Made by a program: the position numbers and the translations under genes. Shown piece after piece: positions 58,019-64,000 of a DNA stretch of 64,000 nucleotides; position 1 is the stretch's first letter; every line of letters begins with the position of its first letter. The stretch lies in sequence record OR805295.1. The stretch is one strand, 5' to 3'. Under the pieces are notes generated by a model. The model was given only the letters and a program-made list of their open reading frames with translations, searched no databases and was not told where the DNA came from.

Positions 58019-58299
58019 TAGTTCTATATTTTTGATATATGCAAACGCAAATAATTATAATTTGCAGAATCTGTTACAAACTTTCTGTTTATATAAAATA
58101 CAATCATGCTATAATAGTTTATAATAAAAATGTAAGCATATAGCACCAAAAGAACAAAGATGAAGTTCATTCTTTGTCTAAAGATTAAGTTTGCTGAGAA
58201 TTTTGATAAGAAACTTCAACTGCTAGATATTATATCAATAGTGCATTTATCATGCATTGAACAGAAAAGAAGTACTCTTTTATCTACGAGGAAAAGCAA

Positions 58300-60387
58300 A
58301 TGAAATACAAAATCATTCTTCAAAACCGTAGCAATGGTGTTGTCGCTGAATTTTCGGTAGATAACGAAATCAATCCCGAGATCATGGATACTTCTATTAT
58401 CGTTCATGAAGGGACGTCGTATATGTATACCGGCTCGGGTGGTTCTTACTACGATACCATTTATTTTAGTGAAATATATAAGACCACTAACACGACAGAC
58501 TTGTCGTTGCTATAACAGAAAACGCTTTACAATAGCTCTAAATGTGCTATTATGTAGTTGTACATAAAACAACGCAGGAGATTATATCATGCGTAGCACA
58601 CTCGGAGTAGAACATGCATCGAGAGAAATTCTTTCTGCATGGGTCGATGTAATGCAGCAACTCAACTGTGAGCATTTCTATAGCGAACTGAAAGACAATG
58701 CAGTTCGCTTAGATTTACAGGAATATATGTATACTGAACGTCTCGTTCAGTATTATACAGATCTTCCAGTCACTAATGCTGGTTGATGCCTTCGCCGGGC
58801 GTGAACTACATTTATTAGGAAAGGGGTTTTAAGCCCCTTTCCTTTTGAATGTTAAGTGTAAGTGCAAATTAATCTTATTTACTTGTTACAATTTAGTTCT
58901 TGAATTCACACATAATAGTATGTATAGTTTTAATATATAAGATACCAACATGCGAGGTTGTAAAAATGAAACTTCATAATATGAATGGTAATATTTTTAT
59001 TCGGTTTGAAGTAGATACTTCGTCGGATAATTTTGTAGAAAAAGTTTACGAAGAAATTATGCAGCTTCCTGCAAAATTGTATTTCGAGAAGATAGAACGT
59101 AGAACTTGGTTCTGTAGCTTTTACACAGGCTACGACGAATTGGTGGAATTCGTCAATGAAATAAAAGACAGAGTTAGTTCAGAAGGTGTTTTCTTTGACA
59201 GGCCATTGCAGCTAACTCTTATCAATTCGGGCGGGGTAGAAGTAAATATTTCCGATATAGAACCGGATCTTCACTATCTCTTTGATAACGATATTACAAC
59301 TACAAAACTTATCTCTATGGAAGGATCCTGCAATATGGTAGATTTGCTCATGTGCGAATGGGTACCTATTAGCATTCGAACTTCTATTGCTAAGGCATTT
59401 ACTGACAAATTTTTATAATAAAATACCTGTTGACGCATATAGCAATATGCGCAATAATATGCACGAAAGCAAGAACAGATCCAAATAACCTTTTTATAAG
59501 AGATTATATTATGTCTAAGTATCTTTCTTTTAGCGTAAACGTAGACATGGACAACACCGGTCTGTTGAAATGGTTGCGTCCTACCACCGGTCGGCTGGAT
59601 GGATTCGAAGAGAGTGTTAAAAATTTCGTTTCTTCTTTCCGCTCAATCGAGTCGAGCCCTACGGTGTTTCAAGTTTACGATGATGATAACCAGCCGTTGC
59701 AAGTAAGCAACATGAGCTGCTTCTTCCGATACTTTCCGGTGTACGGTATGTGCCTTGCACCGGGTTCGATGGTCAGGGAACAATATCGTCGGGAGATCCT
59801 CGACTATACTACTGACGAGTTCTGTTCATTCAGTAACTACTTCAGTGACGGCAAGGCCATCCGCGGCGGGGCAGTCTTGTGGTGGGATGTAGAGAAAGAC
59901 TTGGTATGGTCTGTTAGTCCCGAATTGATTCGCCTCGTATATGCCCGCTTGCAAAGTGATATGGACATCGGGTGGTATCATCTCGGGCAAGAAGTTATGG
60001 CTGTAGTTCCCCTTCGTTCTTATCCCAACGATGTTGCCCGATGGAAATATGTACAAGGTAATATCTGCGGCATCGACGATCAAGTGAGCATTCGCAGCAA
60101 TGTCGACGGTCGAGTCACCCGGCTTAATTGGGAATACATCGTTACCCAAGGGGGATAATATGGGCGGTCTTGCTAATATAGTTGCATGCATAGCTTCTAT
60201 TGTTGCAATTGTTACTGGAAATATCTGGTATTTTATCGCACTGTTGCTATGCACAGCATTTATGTCGCCCGAACGAAAAGGATCATTAATTGATGTATTT
60301 TCGGTCATTGTCGGGATTGGTGCTATATTTAACGGAGACATTGTATGGGGCATAGTGTTCATAGCATTAGTGATAATAGTTAAATAG
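58300..60387 (+). other. Early-type cassettes (58300, 58589, 58966, 59511, 60160)
   Basis: Promoters near 58526 and 59430 (TTGACG-17-AATAAT); terminators near 58818 and 60388. Confidence 0.7.
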
Positions 60388-60430
60388 AAAGGAAGGGGTT
60401 TAACCCCCTTCCTTTTATTGTAGGTGTTAA

Positions 60431-60580
60431 ATGTCATCAATTTTTTATCTTAGCAAATCAACAGAATACATAGTAATTTTAAACAATACAAGAATAAGGT
60501 TAAGTACAGCGAAATATTCTATAGGATATGTATCACTAGAAACACCTCGTCGCACATTTTACTGGACACTTTTTAAATGA
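60431..60580 (+). CDS. Outlying single-unit ILxLQ family micro-ORF
   Basis: MSSIFYLSKSTEYIVI, 49 aa. Confidence 0.55.
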   Translation: MSSIFYLSKSTEYIVILNNTRIRLSTAKYSIGYVSLETPRRTFYWTLFK

Positions 60581-61169
60581 AATACAATAATCGTATCTAA
60601 ATAGCTACCTACCTTTATATCAAAAACCATTCTATGAAATATATTTCCCAAATCATATTACAAAAGTTATATTTGAATTTTGGATTCTTATCTCAACCTT
60701 GCATTGCAATATAAAATGCGAATATGAGTGTGCTGTATGTGTTTGCATACGCATGTACATACGCATAAACGTATTAAGAAATACAATTTATTTTATCCTA
60801 TACGATTATCTTTAATACCTATATGTTGTTTGATAATAAAAGTATAATAAGTAAAAGACATTATCCATTGTATAATGGTTTTAATATATTTCGCTGTAGT
60901 GTCGGATGTATATATTTTTCATATGATAAAATGTCATTTATTCACGACATATTCATGCAAACCATTTCGTTGTTCCTTACGACGTTATTATTGTTTTTAC
61001 TTATAACTCCTTTATATTATATAGGATTGAAAAATCCAGTCAATATAACTACATTTGTTTCGTGTTTAATAATAACTATTCTTATAACAAGTTATTATTT
61101 TATGTCAGTTTTGACTTATATATTCTGTATTACCGTTCAGTCAATAATTTATAAAAGAAAGAAATAATT

Positions 61170-61280
61170 TAGTTTCTTTTTCATTATCAATATCTTTTTC
61201 TTTTTCAATATCTTTTTCTTTATCTTTTTCTTTTTCAATATCTTTTTCTTTATCTTTTTCTTTATCTTTATCTTTTATCA
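61170..61280. repeat. Pyrimidine-rich low-complexity repeat
   Basis: TCTTTTTCTTT and CAATATCTTTTTC units; minus strand reads KDKEKDIEKE. Confidence 0.85.
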
Positions 61281-61291
61281 TTGCAAATACA

Positions 61292-61396
61292 AATAATAAT
61301 TATTCTTATTTGCATTTAGTGATGTAAATAATTCTTATTTGTAATTGCGATTAATTCTTATTTGCTACAATAGATAGAATAAGAATAATTCACATT
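61292..61396. promoter_or_regulatory. Four tandem Fur-box-like 19-mers
   Basis: AATAATAATTATTCTTATT, GATGTAAATAATTCTTATT, ATTGCGATTAATTCTTATT, AATAAGAATAATTCACATT. Confidence 0.7.
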
Positions 61397-61686
61397 TGCA
61401 ATGCCGCTAAAAGCGCTGTAAGCGCTGTATGTTGCGTAGTAGTGCTAAGCAATGCGTTAGTACAGCTACGCGCACAAACGCTGTTATGCGCGCTTGTAGC
61501 GCGTTTTAGGGCCCATGCGCATGCGTATACCTGTAGCTTTACATAGTAAAATGCAGAAAAGACGTCGTCTATTAACGTGCCTGTCTTAATAGAAATATAC
61601 AATTGTACAATACCTGCGAAATCCTACACACTACAGACATGCAAACAAGCAATGTGCTTGCAAGCATAAAAGTTTTTAAAAAGTAG

Positions 61687-61715
61687 TAGACACAGTGTAG
61701 CATCCCTAGTAAGCT
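61687..61715 (+). promoter_or_regulatory. sigma70 promoter
   Basis: TAGACA-17-TAAGCT. Confidence 0.7.
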
Positions 61716-61747
61716 ACACACATAAACAACACAACGGAGTACAAGCT

Positions 61748-62215
61748 ATGTCTAATGTAAGCATCCCTGCAGTAACGGTAGAGAACATCGGCACCCTGCG
61801 CATCGTGCGCACCGCTAACAAGGAGGTCGGAAGTGTGCTCGACCTAAAAGTTAACGGGGTAGTAGTAGGGCAAGCTTTCCCGCTCTACAGCACAAAAACC
61901 CAGCGTAGCTGGAACGCGAGCATGCACGCTACCGTTAACGGTGTAGAGGTGCAGTTTGCACAGGAAGGCGTGTTCAGTGCAATCCGCATTGCACGGGCGT
62001 TCGAGGATGCAGTAAAGTATGCCGTTAGCAACGGCGAACAAGGGCAACCCCTCCCCGCGCCGGCGGCGCAGACCGATGCCCCGGCAACGGCAGAAGCGCA
62101 AGCAGAAGCCCCGGCGGCGCAGACCGAGGATGCGCCGGAGACCCCGGCGGCCGAAGCTAAGCCCGCCCGCAAAGGCGGCAGCAAAGGCAGCAGCAAAGGC
62201 GGCAGCAAAAAGTAA
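61748..62215 (+). CDS. Early protein with Ala/Pro/Lys-rich tail; paralog of 43475
   Basis: VNGVVVGQ...FSAIRI domain. Confidence 0.9.
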   Translation: MSNVSIPAVTVENIGTLRIVRTANKEVGSVLDLKVNGVVVGQAFPLYSTKTQRSWNASMHATVNGVEVQFAQEGVFSAIRIARAFEDAVKYAVSNGEQGQPLPAPAAQTDAPATAEAQAEAPAAQTEDAPETPAAEAKPARKGGSKGSSKGGSKK

Positions 62216-62228
62216 GCGCTGCTAACAC

Positions 62229-62254
62229 AGGAAAGGGGCAACTGCCCCTTTCCT
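62229..62254. terminator. Intrinsic terminator
   Basis: AGGAAAGGGGC-aact-GCCCCTTTCCT; exact reverse complement at 62947-62972. Confidence 0.85.
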
Positions 62255-62383
62255 TTTATGTCCTAGTTGTAAATGCAAATTAATCTTATTTGCATTTGCA
62301 CAAGTCAATCTCCTGTTGCATTACTGCGGCAAGATGTTAGTATGTGCTTGGCAGTAACACATAACTAGCAGGAGCAACAGACA

Positions 62384-63480
62384 ATGGCTAAAGTATTGCA
62401 TGTTAACAGCATCGGCAACATCGCCGAAGTGTTTACATCTGTAGACCTCGATAGCGCCTTGTTGCACGCAATCAAGCGCTGTGCAATGATGGGCAAGGTT
62501 AATGTTGTTGGTCCCAACGCTCCTGTGTTTGCTAGCCACTACGACGCACTGACAGCGTACGACGTGCAGTGGCGCCTTGTTCCACCAGGCTGCGGCGTTA
62601 CTTTGTACGTCATCGCCGAGGACAACAACTAAGGAGAGACACAATGAATCTCGTACATCTGTGGATCAACGGGCGTGTTGTGACTGCCCGCAAGGTTGTA
62701 AGTAAACACACTGTCCGCAATCCGAACAGTCCGATTGATATCGAGACTATCGACGTTGTTCGACTGCGTCTGCCCCGTGGTGTTCGTGCTAGCAGTTGGG
62801 CACTCCGTAAGGCAGTGTACCAGCTCATGGAGCAAAGCTGTAGCTGCTCGAGTGACTGTTGTGGACACTGGTTCGGCGGCGCACGCAAGATCTACATTAA
62901 AGGCAGAGACGTCAGTGTCGTTGCCGGGTACCAGCGCAATTACTAAAGGAAAGGGGCAGTTGCCCCCTTTCCTTTTATCCATTAATGTGCAAACGCGAAT
63001 TATTCTTATTTGCACAGGACAGTGAGATGCAAACAAGAGGCATTCTTGATGCAGTCGGGTGATAAGAATTGTTCACAAAAAGAAAAAGCTTGCGTTATGC
63101 TACACAGGTGCTAGTATGTGTATTGCAGTACCTATAAACATTAATAGCAGGATAAGAAAATGGTTGACTTTAAAGGTTTTAACTGGGACGCACTAGTCCC
63201 GGAGGACAACGTTTCCACAGTTTCCATTAAAAATCACTACGAGGAACTCCTACAAAGTTTTGTTGACAACGGCATAGACTATGTGTTAGTCCGGCTGTCC
63301 CAGGAACTGCCGCACTACGAGGATTCAGATTATCCCTGCTACAAATTGGTTGACAAGTATGCAGGATGGATAGTAGGCTGGGACTACTACGGATTTGTTG
63401 TGGAACGCATGGACACGCACCTTTTCTTTGACAACAGCACTGCAAAAGGTGTAATGGACTTCCTGGAAGCTAACGGCTAG
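62384..63480 (+). other. Early-type genes 62384-62632, 62644-62946, 63160-63480
   Basis: AGGAG/AGGA RBS, promoters TTGCAT-16-TAGTAT and TTGCGT-16-TAGTAT, terminators. Confidence 0.8.
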
Positions 63481-63710
63481 CACAAAAAGGAAGGGGCGCA
63501 AGCCCTTTTCTTTTGTCTGCAATTTCTGTGCAAATAAGAACTATTACAGTTGTGGTAAAAGCACAATGCAAATAAGACGCATTCTTGATTAGGCCTGATA
63601 ATAAGTTCTTATTAACAACAAAGAAACTGAATAAGAATAATTCTGAAAAAATAACCCTGCGGCGTAACACAAAGGGCTTGCAAATTGCAAGCCCTTTTTA
63701 ATATGCATTT

Positions 63711-63778
63711 GTTCTAAGATTAGTTCTTATTTGCAATGATAATATTCCCGCCTTACAAATAAGAACTAATCTTAGAAC
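63711..63778. repeat. Perfect 23-bp inverted repeat of Fur-box-like elements
   Basis: GTTCTAAGATTAGTTCTTATTTG-22-CAAATAAGAACTAATCTTAGAAC. Confidence 0.9.
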
Positions 63779-64000
63779 AAATATTCACTTGATTTTTCTC
63801 CCAATATAGTGTATGTCTATATTAGATAAGATTAAGTCTTGTTTGCTTGTTACACTTTATATGTTGCAATGCTAAGGCAATGACAATATTATATGTACAG
63901 CAACACAAAACAGGAGATATAACATGTCAGCAGAATTGAAGCGGTTGTTAGAGATTTTTCCAACCTTTAAATCATTCATTTATGCTGAAGGGGCATATGG

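Overview
AT-rich window from a large lytic dsDNA phage. It has 12 tRNA genes, many host sigma70-type promoters, T4-like late-promoter motifs and T4-like capsid-targeting leaders. The strongly promoted early genes and a ~2.3 kb island are GC-rich with Pseudomonas-like codons, so the host is probably Pseudomonas; the overall look resembles PA5oct/MIJ3-type jumbo phages (inference, not searched). Layout: 1-12 kb SleB hydrolase, AAA ATPase, three putative head-internal proteins (two zincins) and a probable virion protein; 14.6-19 kb tRNA cluster; 21-25 kb HD-like protein, SGNH esterase, TraR/DksA, TilS; 12.6-41.4 kb a very large, mostly unannotated family of paralogous small ORFs built from a ~45-55 aa unit, including a run of 40-57 aa micro-ORFs missed by the ORF track; 34.0-34.9 kb iteron-like array; 41.4-64 kb early-type cassettes separated by hairpin terminators, with several promoter-driven structured ncRNA candidates and more than 20 Fur-box-like 19-bp elements. 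Top leads: the Fur-box-like network, the micro-protein family, the injected-protein cluster, GA/TC-free promoter tracts and the ~700 nt ncRNA.
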